A stretch of 62,269 nt of DNA, counting the filler, from Gemmatimonadota bacterium (GTDB lineage Bacteria; 4572-55; J002): NCBI GenBank assembly GCA_003697105.1. It is 5 parts of 5 records of this genome, joined end to end, with 100 filler letters (N's around TTAATTAATTAA, not from the genome) between each part and the next. Parts side by side here need not be neighbours in the genome. Positions count along the whole stretch, not along the records: positions 38,656 to 49,566 come from RFFQ01000045.1; positions 49,667 to 59,153 come from RFFQ01000049.1; 3 more parts are not named here. One strand, given 5' to 3'. Shown here in pieces: positions 40,536 to 49,840 of the stretch. Each line of letters opens with the position of its first letter. The stretch's first letter is position 1. The notes under the pieces are model-generated. The model was not told where the DNA came from. It worked only from the letters and a program-made list of their open reading frames with translations, and searched no databases. The position numbers were made by a program, and so were the translations under genes.

Positions 40536-41576
40536 ATGGCAGACCCCATACGGATTTTGATTGTAGATGATTCCGCTTTTGCCCGAATGGTGATCCGGCA
40601 AATGTTGAGTGCCGATCCCGATATTCAGGTGGTTGGCGAAGCAGAAAACGGTGAACAGGCAATTCAAAAAACAAAAGTGCTCCAACCCGATTTAGTTACA
40701 ATGGACATCAATATGCCCGGTGTTGATGGGCTGGAAGCGATTGAATCCATCATGGCGTATAATCCTTGCCCGATTTTGGTGGTGAGTTCTACTACCGATG
40801 CCAACATCGCGTACCGGGCGATCAGTTCCGGAGCATTAGAGGTTGTACCGAAACCGGAGTTAGATGACCCGCACCGTATGAACTTCCAAGCGGAATTTAT
40901 TGAGAAGGTCAAACTTCTTTCCCGCGTGAAGGTGATTACCCATATTTCGGGACGGCACCGGCGAGCGAAATCGCCGGTATCCGAGGCACAGTTTTACCAA
41001 ACACGCCCGGCAGATTGGAAAAAATGTGTTGTTATCGGCGCTTCAACCGGAGGCCCAAAAGCACTATCCAAAATTTTGAGCCAGTTACCGGGTGATTTGC
41101 CGGCGCCGGTTGTTGTGGTGCAGCATATTGCGGATGGCTTTACGCAGGGGTTAGTCGATTGGTTGGACAGCATCAACATGTTAAAAGTGCAATTGGTACA
41201 AGAGAATACCCCGCTGAAAATGAGCCATGTCTATATTGCACCCAACGGTATGCATACCCGAATCCTACCAAACGGGAAATTGGCTTTTGATGCCGGGATG
41301 CCGTGCCAGGGACATTGTCCTGCGGTGAACGTCCTTTTTGAGTCCGCCGCAGAGGCTTTGGGCGAACAGTGTATCGCGGTATTGCTGACGGGTATGGGTT
41401 CCGACGGGGCTGAAGGGATGCTTGCCATCCATAAAAGAGGAGGGTACACCATTGCCCAAGATGAAGCCAGTTGTGTGGTTTTCGGTATGCCGAAAAGTGC
41501 AATCGATTTAGGCGCGGTTCAGGTGGTGCGCCCGCTTGACCGGATTGCCGCGGAAATTAAAAAGGCATTGTTATGA
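40536..41576 (+). CDS. cheB: Chemotaxis methylesterase/response regulator
   Basis: REC (VDDS, MDINMP); catalytic GASTGG, QH, TGMGSDG. Confidence 0.95.
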   Translation: MADPIRILIVDDSAFARMVIRQMLSADPDIQVVGEAENGEQAIQKTKVLQPDLVTMDINMPGVDGLEAIESIMAYNPCPILVVSSTTDANIAYRAISSGALEVVPKPELDDPHRMNFQAEFIEKVKLLSRVKVITHISGRHRRAKSPVSEAQFYQTRPADWKKCVVIGASTGGPKALSKILSQLPGDLPAPVVVVQHIADGFTQGLVDWLDSINMLKVQLVQENTPLKMSHVYIAPNGMHTRILPNGKLAFDAGMPCQGHCPAVNVLFESAAEALGEQCIAVLLTGMGSDGAEGMLAIHKRGGYTIAQDEASCVVFGMPKSAIDLGAVQVVRPLDRIAAEIKKALL

Positions 41577-41693
41577 CCCATTGCTTACCAAATTTTCGGA
41601 TTTGAACGATGGGTCTAGCTGTACATGTTGGGGATGAAACCTTAAAGGTTTAACCCTTTTTTTTCAAATAACTGACAAAGTTTTGGCAAAGGT

Positions 41694-43145
41694 ATGGATA
41701 GCACCGTGCATCGATTCATGACGCTGGCGCAGTGGGAAATGCTTAAAGCCTTTATTCAGCGCGAAACCGGAATTATCGTACCAGATCAAAAACGTATGTT
41801 TTTAGAGCATGAGTGCGAACAACGTGCACAATTGCTGGGCTTCGAGACGTTTTCATCTTATTTTGAATCTGTTCAGGAATCGCCGGGGCGAGAATTTCAG
41901 GAATTAGTACATCTGGTGGCAATTAACGAAACCTACTTTTTCCGGGAGCCTCTGCAATTCATCGCGTTGCGAGACCATCTTTTGCCGGAGGTTGTGCGAC
42001 GAAACCCCAATAGACCCCTCCGTATCTGGAGCGCCGGTACCTCAACCGGTGAAGAAGCATATTCTATTGCCATGATTGTGCAAGATGTCCGGCAACGTCA
42101 GGGTGAGTTTGAGGTGGAAATCATCGGTACGGATATTGACCAAGAGGCGTTGAAACATGCCAAAATCGCTCGTTACGGTAAAAATGCATTTCGTTCGGAT
42201 GCGGTTTTGAACGCGAATGGTTTGGAATGGACTCCCTATTTTGAATCCGATGGAGATATGTTTACTCTGAACCCTCAAATTCGGGACATGGTCCGGTTTG
42301 AATATCTGAATTTGACGCATGACACCTACCCAAATCTGGATTTTTCCAACTTTGATTTCATTTTTTGCCGCAATGTGACTCTCTATTTTGATCGACTAAC
42401 CTTAAAAGCGGTTCACCAACGGTTCGTGGCAAGTTTGAAACCGGAAGGTTATTTATTTTTGGCTTCGGCAGAAACGCCGCATCATAATTGGGGTGAGTTG
42501 CGCTTAAAAGAGGTGGGGTCGGTTTTCGTTTATCAAAAGACAGAGACGGCTTCCATTGAGTTGCCCCCCTCCACACCGGAGCCGGTTCCGTTGCTTCTGG
42601 ATCGGTACCCGGCGCCTCTTTCGTTACCGGAGCCAACCCAACCGGTGATGCCGCTAAAGACGATTAAACCGCCTTCACTTGAGGCGGCGACTATCTATTT
42701 TCAAAAAAAAGAATATGCGCGCGCCTTGCACATTTTGGATCAGACTCTCACCCGTTATCCTGATTTTAGTCCCGCCTATATTTTGAAAGCCAATATTTTG
42801 ATCAATCAAGAACAATTCGATGAAGCAGAGCAGGTTTGCCGGCTGTTGCAAGGGCGGGAAGCCTGGAACCGGAATGCCTACTTTTTATTGGGGTTGCTCA
42901 ACTTTTATCGCGAAAATTTCGGACTGGCTAAAGCGGACTTGAGTAAAGCGATCTATCTTAAACCGGATTTCGGACTGGCGCACTATTATTTAGGGCAAGT
43001 GTATGAGCGTCTCGCCCAACCGGCTCTGGCACACCGTGAGTACCGGAATGCGTTGAAAAATCTTGAAGAGGGCGTATTACCCGGCTTCTCGATAGAATCA
43101 TTGCGGTTAATCTGCCAAAAAAAAATCAGTACGATTCAGACTTAA
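41694..43145 (+). CDS. cheR: CheR methyltransferase with C-terminal TPRs
   Basis: NETYFFRE, WSAGTSTGEEAYS, GTDID, CRNV; Pro linker, then TPRs. Confidence 0.92.
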   Translation: MDSTVHRFMTLAQWEMLKAFIQRETGIIVPDQKRMFLEHECEQRAQLLGFETFSSYFESVQESPGREFQELVHLVAINETYFFREPLQFIALRDHLLPEVVRRNPNRPLRIWSAGTSTGEEAYSIAMIVQDVRQRQGEFEVEIIGTDIDQEALKHAKIARYGKNAFRSDAVLNANGLEWTPYFESDGDMFTLNPQIRDMVRFEYLNLTHDTYPNLDFSNFDFIFCRNVTLYFDRLTLKAVHQRFVASLKPEGYLFLASAETPHHNWGELRLKEVGSVFVYQKTETASIELPPSTPEPVPLLLDRYPAPLSLPEPTQPVMPLKTIKPPSLEAATIYFQKKEYARALHILDQTLTRYPDFSPAYILKANILINQEQFDEAEQVCRLLQGREAWNRNAYFLLGLLNFYRENFGLAKADLSKAIYLKPDFGLAHYYLGQVYERLAQPALAHREYRNALKNLEEGVLPGFSIESLRLICQKKISTIQT

Positions 43146-43167
43146 ACTTTATTTCTCAGGAGGACAA

Positions 43168-43995
43168 ATGAAACCAAACATGATGATTCTGGTGGGGAGT
43201 ATCCTGGTGGTGATGCTCGCCGGATGTACGGCAATAGAACAATTGATTCAGAAGCCAACGGTACAGTTTAAGGATGTCAAATTAAAAGACCCCTCTTTGT
43301 TTGATGCGACATTCGTTTTTGCGTTTGAGGTTCATAACCCCAATCTCATCGGGGGATCGATTTCGCAATTAACGTACGATTTTGATGTAAATGGGCAGAA
43401 TTTTCTGGAAGGGGTACTCGATCAGGGCATCTCGATTCCGGCGGGCGGTTCTTCTGTTGTGGAATTGCCCCTTCAGGTGGAATATTTGGGGTTTTTAAAT
43501 TCTGTTGCGGACTTTGTCCATAAAGATGCTGTGCCGTATGACTTAAAAGGTACGTTTCGAGTGCTGGGTTTTGATATTCCATACCGTAAAACAGGCTCAA
43601 TTGACATTCCAGACCTACCGAAGGTTTCCGTGAGTGCCGTTGAAATTGAAAATCTCTCGATGATGGGCGCTTCTTTGGTGTTTTCCGTGGAACTGGATAA
43701 TCGGAATCCCTTTGCGGTGAATTTGGGGGGATTGGATTATCAGATCACGTTGGGGGATACTCCATTTGCGGAAGGGGTTTCGCGGTCAGTGCCTCCGGTA
43801 GCGGGTGGTAGTAAGACAACTCTTGAAATTCCACTGGATGTCAATTTTTTGCAATTGGGGCAGGCGGCGTATAATCTGTTGACACAAACGGCTACTGGAT
43901 ATGGCATCTCTGGAAATATGAATTTTGATGTGCCGGCGCTGGGTGAAAAACAGTTTCCGTTTAGTCACTCTGGGAATGTCTCTTTGCGGCGCTGA
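43168..43995 (+). CDS. LEA type 2 (WHy) double-domain lipoprotein
   Basis: Lipobox LAGC; two domains with NPN / NRN motifs. Confidence 0.82.
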   Translation: MKPNMMILVGSILVVMLAGCTAIEQLIQKPTVQFKDVKLKDPSLFDATFVFAFEVHNPNLIGGSISQLTYDFDVNGQNFLEGVLDQGISIPAGGSSVVELPLQVEYLGFLNSVADFVHKDAVPYDLKGTFRVLGFDIPYRKTGSIDIPDLPKVSVSAVEIENLSMMGASLVFSVELDNRNPFAVNLGGLDYQITLGDTPFAEGVSRSVPPVAGGSKTTLEIPLDVNFLQLGQAAYNLLTQTATGYGISGNMNFDVPALGEKQFPFSHSGNVSLRR

Positions 43996-44083
43996 TCCAT
44001 TCACGAATAGCTCCTTTACAGACCATTCGTTACGGTGCCTACCGTTGATCCGTTGATCCCTCTCCCGTGGTTCTGCTGATGCT

Positions 44084-45523
44084 TTATTCATCATACCGGA
44101 TGGCTTCCACCGGCATCAGTTTAGCGGCTTGCCATGCCGGATAAAGTGTTGCTAAGAAACTGATAATAATAGCCGTTACAAAAACCAAGAGTGGGTCTGA
44201 CCAAACCACCTGCACCGGTAAATGATCCAATTGATAGACATCTGCCGCCAGCGATACAAATTTCCACCGTTTCAAGGAGAGGGCAATCAGATAACCCCCA
44301 ACGCCGCCCAACAGCGTCCCAATAATGCCGATCACGAGTCCTTCCATGATGAAAATCCGCAGGATCATTTGGGAATTTGTGCCCATGGCCTTCAAAATTC
44401 CGATTTCGCGGGTTTTTTCCATCACAATCATAATCAACGTGCTAACGACATTAAATGCGGCGACAATGATGATCAGGGTTAAGATGAGGAACATCACAAG
44501 CTTCTGCAAGTTTAGCAATTCAAAAATTTGTTCGTTCATTTCAGTCCAGTCGGTCGCTCGATAGGGATAATCAAGCCGTTTGTTTAGAGCCAGTAAGGCA
44601 TTCAAGGCAGATTCGCCGATCTGATCCCGTTGGGCATCTGTCAACCGGTCGGTATCAAAATAGAGTCGATCTTGATACCGTTTCGCCACTTTTTTTAAGG
44701 GGGCTTCCGCTGCCGGATAGGCGGCGCGGTAGGCATTCCATTCGTTTTCAGTTAATCGCACGTGTATGCCGTTCAAGGATTTTCGCAGGAGGGGTGCTTC
44801 GTAAATATCGCTGATGCGCAGTTCCAAGCCGGTGATTTTATCCCCCAGTTCAAAAAAATCCTGTGCGGTGGGAATCGACAGGTAGCAGAGGGTGGCGTTG
44901 TAATCATACAAGCCGGAGTCAAAAATACCGCTGACGATAAATCGCCGCATTTTGAATGCCACATTGCTGATCCGGCTTAAATTGGGCGTGGTGGGGAGGG
45001 GGTATGCCAGCACGATGGTATCACCGGCGGCAACACCAACTTTCCGTGCCAGTTCGACTCCCACGAGCATCCGTCCCGGTATTTTCGGATCGGGATCGGA
45101 GTCCAGGTTGAATTCGCCCGCCACCAGCCGCTCGGAATCAATGAACACCTCTGCTTTTGCCTGCGGGTCAATCCCCCGCACAGCCACTCCATCGACTTGA
45201 TCCCCGTTTAGAATCATTGCTTTGGCGTAGATGAACGGCGAAATGGACTCCACTTGTGGAATGTCTTCTAATCGGGCGGTCACTTGATCCACGTTCGTCA
45301 TGCCGTCAGAGAAATATTCCAGTATGTACAAATGCGAATTGGCGGCAAGAATCGAGTCCCGAAATTGGGTTTGAAACCCGGTCATTACCGCCAACGTGAC
45401 CAACAACGTGGCGACCCCGACAAACACCCCGCCGGTGGCAATCCATGCCGCAAAAGAGAGCAACGCATTTTTATTTTTGGCTCCCAGATGGTGGCGTACA
45501 ACAAATCGTTCAAAAAAAAGCAT
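44084..45523 (-). CDS. lolE: Lipoprotein-releasing ABC permease LolC/LolE family
   Basis: GVATLLVTLAVMTGF, VAAFNVVSTLIMIVMEKTREIGILKAMG, ATLYPAWQA..EAIRY. Confidence 0.85.
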   Translation of the reverse strand: MLFFERFVVRHHLGAKNKNALLSFAAWIATGGVFVGVATLLVTLAVMTGFQTQFRDSILAANSHLYILEYFSDGMTNVDQVTARLEDIPQVESISPFIYAKAMILNGDQVDGVAVRGIDPQAKAEVFIDSERLVAGEFNLDSDPDPKIPGRMLVGVELARKVGVAAGDTIVLAYPLPTTPNLSRISNVAFKMRRFIVSGIFDSGLYDYNATLCYLSIPTAQDFFELGDKITGLELRISDIYEAPLLRKSLNGIHVRLTENEWNAYRAAYPAAEAPLKKVAKRYQDRLYFDTDRLTDAQRDQIGESALNALLALNKRLDYPYRATDWTEMNEQIFELLNLQKLVMFLILTLIIIVAAFNVVSTLIMIVMEKTREIGILKAMGTNSQMILRIFIMEGLVIGIIGTLLGGVGGYLIALSLKRWKFVSLAADVYQLDHLPVQVVWSDPLLVFVTAIIISFLATLYPAWQAAKLMPVEAIRYDE

Positions 45524-45573
45524 TTCATAGTCCTATATTCGGCGCGTCTTCCGTTATGGGTTTTTCTGTGCTC

Positions 45574-45643
45574 AATATGCGGTTTTCCTATCTTAGCGTC
45601 AAGAACTTTAATCGTTGACTTTTGATTCCGGGCATGTTATCAC
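45574..45643. promoter_or_regulatory. Divergent sigma70-type promoters
   Basis: Minus strand TTGACG-17-CATATT (45602-45574); plus strand TTGACT-17-TATCAC with TG extension (45615-45643). Confidence 0.45.
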
Positions 45644-45697
45644 TGTATCCAAATTGCTATCTTTTTTCATCAAATTTATCAGGATGAGACCTTAATA

Positions 45698-46246
45698 ATG
45701 AAGATTTATACCAAAACAGGTGATACGGGGGAGACCGGTTTATTTGGCGGACCGCGGGTCTCTAAGGATCATTTGCGGATTCAGGCGTATGGCACGGTTG
45801 ACGAGCTCAATTCCACGCTAGGGGTTGCCTTAGTTCACTGTTCTGATGAGGCTTTGCGCGAAATGCTACTTCACATTCAACATCAGTTATTTGTGCTAGG
45901 GGCAGATTTAGCGACGCCGCTGGAGACGAAATCGAGCTACATTCAGCGTATTCCGGCGGAAGCGGTCACGCAATTGGAGCAGTGGATTGACCAATTTGAG
46001 GCAGAATTGCCTCCGCTTACCCACTTCATTTTACCCGGGGGATCGATCTGTGGGGCGTTTTTACATCAGGCACGAACCGTTTGCCGTCGCGCAGAACGGT
46101 ATATCATTGCGTTGTCACACGAGGCGTCGCTGAGTGAATTTGTGATTCCGTATATCAACCGGTTGTCAGATTATCTGTTTGACGCCGCCCGGATTGCCAA
46201 TGTTCGTGCCGGTACGACTGAAACTATCTGGAATTCCAACTCATAG
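45698..46246 (+). CDS. PduO-type cob(I)alamin adenosyltransferase
   Basis: KIYTKTGDTGET, AYGTVDELNS, RTVCRRAER, NRLSDYLF. Confidence 0.95.
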   Translation: MKIYTKTGDTGETGLFGGPRVSKDHLRIQAYGTVDELNSTLGVALVHCSDEALREMLLHIQHQLFVLGADLATPLETKSSYIQRIPAEAVTQLEQWIDQFEAELPPLTHFILPGGSICGAFLHQARTVCRRAERYIIALSHEASLSEFVIPYINRLSDYLFDAARIANVRAGTTETIWNSNS

Positions 46247-46259
46247 AGAGGAGAGAGGT

Positions 46260-47438
46260 ATGGAAAAGCCGAAATTACGCACCGATATTCAGGTGACCCC
46301 CTATCAGGATGCAGAAAATGTGGGCGTGCTGATTCAAGATGCCCTAATTGAAGGGCGCACGATGATGCTGAGTGACGGTGCGGTCTTGCTGATGTCTTTT
46401 ATGGATGGTACAAGAACTATCCGTGATATTCAATCCGAAATTATGCGGCAAACGGGACAACTGGTTAATTCGGAAGAGATCGAACAATTTGTGCAACTGC
46501 TAGACAACCATTATTTACTGGATAACGCGAACTACCGCCAACGATTACGCACCCTTGCCGCCGAATACAAGCGGCTTGAGGCTCGCCCCCCCCTGATGGC
46601 AGATGCAGGCTATCCCGCTGACCCCCAACAATTGCGAGCGTTTTTGGATGACGTCTTCGCTCAGAGTGAAAATAGCCATCTGGATGGACGGCTCCCCGAA
46701 AAATTAAGCGGAATTGTCGCCCCCCATATCGACATCCCGCGCGGGCAGAACACCTACGCCAAGGTTTACGGAGCGTTACGCAAATATGATCCCGCACAAA
46801 CCTACATTGTACTCGGCGTCAATCATCAATACCCCACCCAGAACCCCTTTATTGCTACAGATCGCGCCTACCAGACACCGCTAGGCAAATTGCCGGTGGA
46901 TACCGGTCTGCTCCATCAGCTCAACCAGCGGCTGGATTGGGATATACTGGAGGGAGAAATTGCCCACCGGGGGGAACATTCCATTGAGTTTCCGGCGCTT
47001 TTCCTGCGCTACCTTTACCCAGAGGCAGAGATGAAAATTGTCCCCATTTTAAGCAACTATTACGATAAAACGGATGAGCGAGTTGAACGATTTATCCGGG
47101 CATTACGCGAGATTATCGCCGGGCGGGAAGATATTGTCCTGATTTCCAGTGTTGATTTTTCGCATATTGGGCCGCAATTTGGCTGGCAACGGGAGGTCAC
47201 ACCGGCGGATATTGCCAGCACGGAACGGGAAGATCGGCTAACCATCGCGTTTTTGGAAAAAAATGACCCGGATGGTTTTTATGCGGATATTATGAAGGAT
47301 CAAAACCGGCGAAATATTGATGCGTTAGGTGCCACGTATGTGTTTCAACGGGTACTGGATAAACCCGGGGTGTTGATCCAGTACGAGCAAGCGTTTGACC
47401 CGTTGAATACGGTCACCTTTACCGGACTCATTTTTTAG
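46260..47438 (+). CDS. amrB: AmmeMemoRadiSam protein B (MEMO1 family) with N-terminal extension
   Basis: AGYP, APHID, GVNH, EHSIE, SVDFSHIG. Start re-called at MEKPK after RBS GAGAGG. Confidence 0.8.
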   Translation: MEKPKLRTDIQVTPYQDAENVGVLIQDALIEGRTMMLSDGAVLLMSFMDGTRTIRDIQSEIMRQTGQLVNSEEIEQFVQLLDNHYLLDNANYRQRLRTLAAEYKRLEARPPLMADAGYPADPQQLRAFLDDVFAQSENSHLDGRLPEKLSGIVAPHIDIPRGQNTYAKVYGALRKYDPAQTYIVLGVNHQYPTQNPFIATDRAYQTPLGKLPVDTGLLHQLNQRLDWDILEGEIAHRGEHSIEFPALFLRYLYPEAEMKIVPILSNYYDKTDERVERFIRALREIIAGREDIVLISSVDFSHIGPQFGWQREVTPADIASTEREDRLTIAFLEKNDPDGFYADIMKDQNRRNIDALGATYVFQRVLDKPGVLIQYEQAFDPLNTVTFTGLIF

Positions 47439-47523
47439 CTTGCTTGAGACCGCCGCAGACCCCGGGAAACGGGCTATTGAGTTTCAAATCCTGCCATAGA
47501 GATTCCAATGGTCAAACACTAAT

Positions 47524-47565
47524 AAAAAGAGATGTCATCTATTAAGATGACATCTCTTCTTTTTT
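47524..47565. terminator. Bidirectional intrinsic terminator
   Basis: AAGAGATGTCATCT-atta-AGATGACATCTCTT flanked by A and T runs, between convergent genes. Confidence 0.85.
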
Positions 47566-47676
47566 AGCCGCTAGCTTCTAGCTTCTAGCCGCTAGCTTCT
47601 AGCTTCTAGCCGCTAACTTCTAGCTTCTAGTTTCTAGCTTCTAGCTTCTAGTTTCTAGCTTCTAGCTTCTAGCCTC
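47565..47676 (+). repeat. 7-bp tandem repeat (TAGCTTC-type) x16
   Basis: Units TAGCTTC/TAGCCGC/TAGTTTC with a 21-bp higher-order period. Confidence 0.95.
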
Positions 47677-49566
47677 TTATTTCAGAAGCACCATCTGTTT
47701 GATGTCACTGAAGTTATCGGTGCTAACCCGGTAGAAGTAAACGCCGGATTTCACGGCTTGGCCATTGGCATCCGTACCGTCCCAAATCAATTGATGATAG
47801 CCGGCTTCCATCGTGCCATCCACCAATGTGCGTACCAAACGACCATTGACATCATAGATTGCCAACGCAACGGATGCGCTCACCGGCAGATCAAATTGGA
47901 TTGTGGTGCGCGGGTTAAATGGATTCGGGAAGTTTTGGCTGAGGCGATAGTGGTTCGGTATGTTCAACCCGTAACCGACCTTCACATTGCCTTCCGTCAG
48001 GGTGGCATTCAGACTGCCTTCGTTGTAGAGGAAGTCATCCAACGTAATGGTAGTTTCGCTATCCAATTCCCCGACAACACTAAATTCAAGGTTGAATAGC
48101 ACGCCTTCGCCTTCTAGTGCTTTCACGCCATACGCCACCACTTGAATCCCGGTTTCTGTATTGGAAGTCACCAATGTCATCGCTTCCGATAAAGTACCTT
48201 CCGTCAGGATACGGTTGAAGTGGATCACGTTGGCATCAAATTGAACTGCCGTTTGGTAGGCGATAATGTCATCCTGAGTTAGGTCGCCAACGGTTACCGG
48301 AATCACAATGGTTTCTTCTGGCAGACCGTAGGTGGAACCGACGGTGGTTTCCACGGAGCGTGTCGCGACTGTTTTGCTGTCAAGTTGTTTACCGCTCGGG
48401 CGATCCAGTGCGGATTGCCAGTTTCCACTGACATCACCGTAGAGCACCGCATCAAAGTTCTGGTCGAACATATCTTCTTCCAGCGGGGTGTAGCTGTAGC
48501 TCATGGGCATAAAGGTCCAGCTACCGGTCAGGGAACTTTGGGGGACATAGGCCGCGAACTGGGCAATTCGGGCGGCATCAAATGGAGTGATTTCGCCGTC
48601 ACCGGTGACTTCACCCGCCAACTCCTGATATTCATTGAATTCGTACAGCCCGATGGAAGCCTGCGCGACCCGTGCGGCATCAAACGCCGTAATTGTGCGG
48701 TATCCCGGGTCGCCTTCAAAATCGGCGTTCAGCACGTAGTCTCCCGGGCGGCGAGAAACGACCGTAAAGTTGCCATCGGCATCGGTCAAGGCGGTGGTGG
48801 TCGTTGTACCGATCAGCGACACCAACGCACCGGCAATGGCTTCTTCGTTGCTCCAGTAAGCGATGTTCCCGCTTACCGCAGGACCTTCGCCACCGCCGCC
48901 GCCAACACCTTGAACGAGGAAGTAATCCACAAACCAACCCTTGTAACCTTGCGAGTTGGTCGCCCCAAAACGGAAGCGGAAGGTAACGGTTTCACCGGCA
49001 TAATCCGTGAGATCAAAGACTGCCGGCACCCAATCGCCACTATTACCGGTATAACCTGGACCACCGCTCAAACCGACAACGGTCGGATCGGGGTAGCCAC
49101 CTTCGGGGTTAATAATATTCCAGCTATCACCGCCATCAACCGAAATTTGGATTTGACCGCCATCCCAGCCATCATTGGTATCATACCAGTGGTAGAAGTT
49201 CAAGGCATAGGGTCCGACGGCGGCGGATAACTCAAATTCAGGGGTGGTCAGGTACTGGCTGGAGGGACCGTTGTAGTTGCCATCCAAATCCGTACCCCAG
49301 CAATTTTCACCTTCATAAGCGGATGCGGGACCACCGTTCGGGGTGGGGGTGCCCCATTCCCATTCGCCGGTACCACTAAAGCCACCGTCATCTCCTTCAA
49401 AACTTTGGACAAACTGCAATTCAAAGTTCAGGATGTTGGTTTGTCCGGCATCAACCGTAAATTCCGTGATGGCTTCCTGGTAGTTCGGTGCGGCGCAATG
49501 CACGGTATAGGTGTAGTTGCCCGGCACATTTCCGAAGTCATAAAATCCATTTTCGTCCGTCATCAC
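47677..49566 (-). CDS. Secreted modular protein, C-terminal part: CarboxypepD-reg-like, beta-sandwich, dockerin, cohesin, FlgD-Ig CTD (5' truncated)
   Basis: TDENGFY; WEWGTP..WGTDLDGNY..WDGG..SVDGG; duplicated ITAFDAARVAQ/GEVTGDGEITPFDAARIAQ; cohesin-like VQFDANV..GEGVLFNLEF; QNFPNPFNP...MVLLK. Confidence 0.85.
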   Translation of the reverse strand: MMTDENGFYDFGNVPGNYTYTVHCAAPNYQEAITEFTVDAGQTNILNFELQFVQSFEGDDGGFSGTGEWEWGTPTPNGGPASAYEGENCWGTDLDGNYNGPSSQYLTTPEFELSAAVGPYALNFYHWYDTNDGWDGGQIQISVDGGDSWNIINPEGGYPDPTVVGLSGGPGYTGNSGDWVPAVFDLTDYAGETVTFRFRFGATNSQGYKGWFVDYFLVQGVGGGGGEGPAVSGNIAYWSNEEAIAGALVSLIGTTTTTALTDADGNFTVVSRRPGDYVLNADFEGDPGYRTITAFDAARVAQASIGLYEFNEYQELAGEVTGDGEITPFDAARIAQFAAYVPQSSLTGSWTFMPMSYSYTPLEEDMFDQNFDAVLYGDVSGNWQSALDRPSGKQLDSKTVATRSVETTVGSTYGLPEETIVIPVTVGDLTQDDIIAYQTAVQFDANVIHFNRILTEGTLSEAMTLVTSNTETGIQVVAYGVKALEGEGVLFNLEFSVVGELDSETTITLDDFLYNEGSLNATLTEGNVKVGYGLNIPNHYRLSQNFPNPFNPRTTIQFDLPVSASVALAIYDVNGRLVRTLVDGTMEAGYHQLIWDGTDANGQAVKSGVYFYRVSTDNFSDIKQMVLLK

Positions 49567-49666
49567 NNNNNNNNNNNNNNNNNNNNNNNNNNNNNNNNNN
49601 NNNNNNNNNNTTAATTAATTAANNNNNNNNNNNNNNNNNNNNNNNNNNNNNNNNNNNNNNNNNNNN
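49567..49666. other. Artificial contig linker
   Basis: N-TTAATTAATTAA-N. Confidence 0.98.
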
Positions 49667-49747
49667 ATATTCAACTATTCAACAAAGTCAATCATGCTAT
49701 AATGTAAAGAGAATATCAGGTCACCTCAAATTTTGGCGAAGGTATTG
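49667..49747 (-). mobile_element. Insertion-sequence end (probable left end) at contig start
   Basis: 49731-49747 is the reverse complement of CAATACCTTCGCCAAAA at 62043-62059; both are followed internally by GTGACCT. Confidence 0.7.
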
Positions 49748-49840
49748 ATCTTAAATAGGAATATAAGAGGCACAGCTTGTGCGTAAAATCCGCTTGGAAA
49801 AATAAGTTGGTAGTTAATCCCTTAACGCAGGAGTCATACG

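Noticed and set aside
45512-45519. T8 run at the lolC/E start as a phase-variation switch
   Set aside because: Short run, in frame, in a probably essential gene.
48385-49230. 281-aa plus-strand ORF (also 2795-3328, 30106-30711 and similar)
   Set aside because: Antisense shadows of well-supported genes with no motifs.
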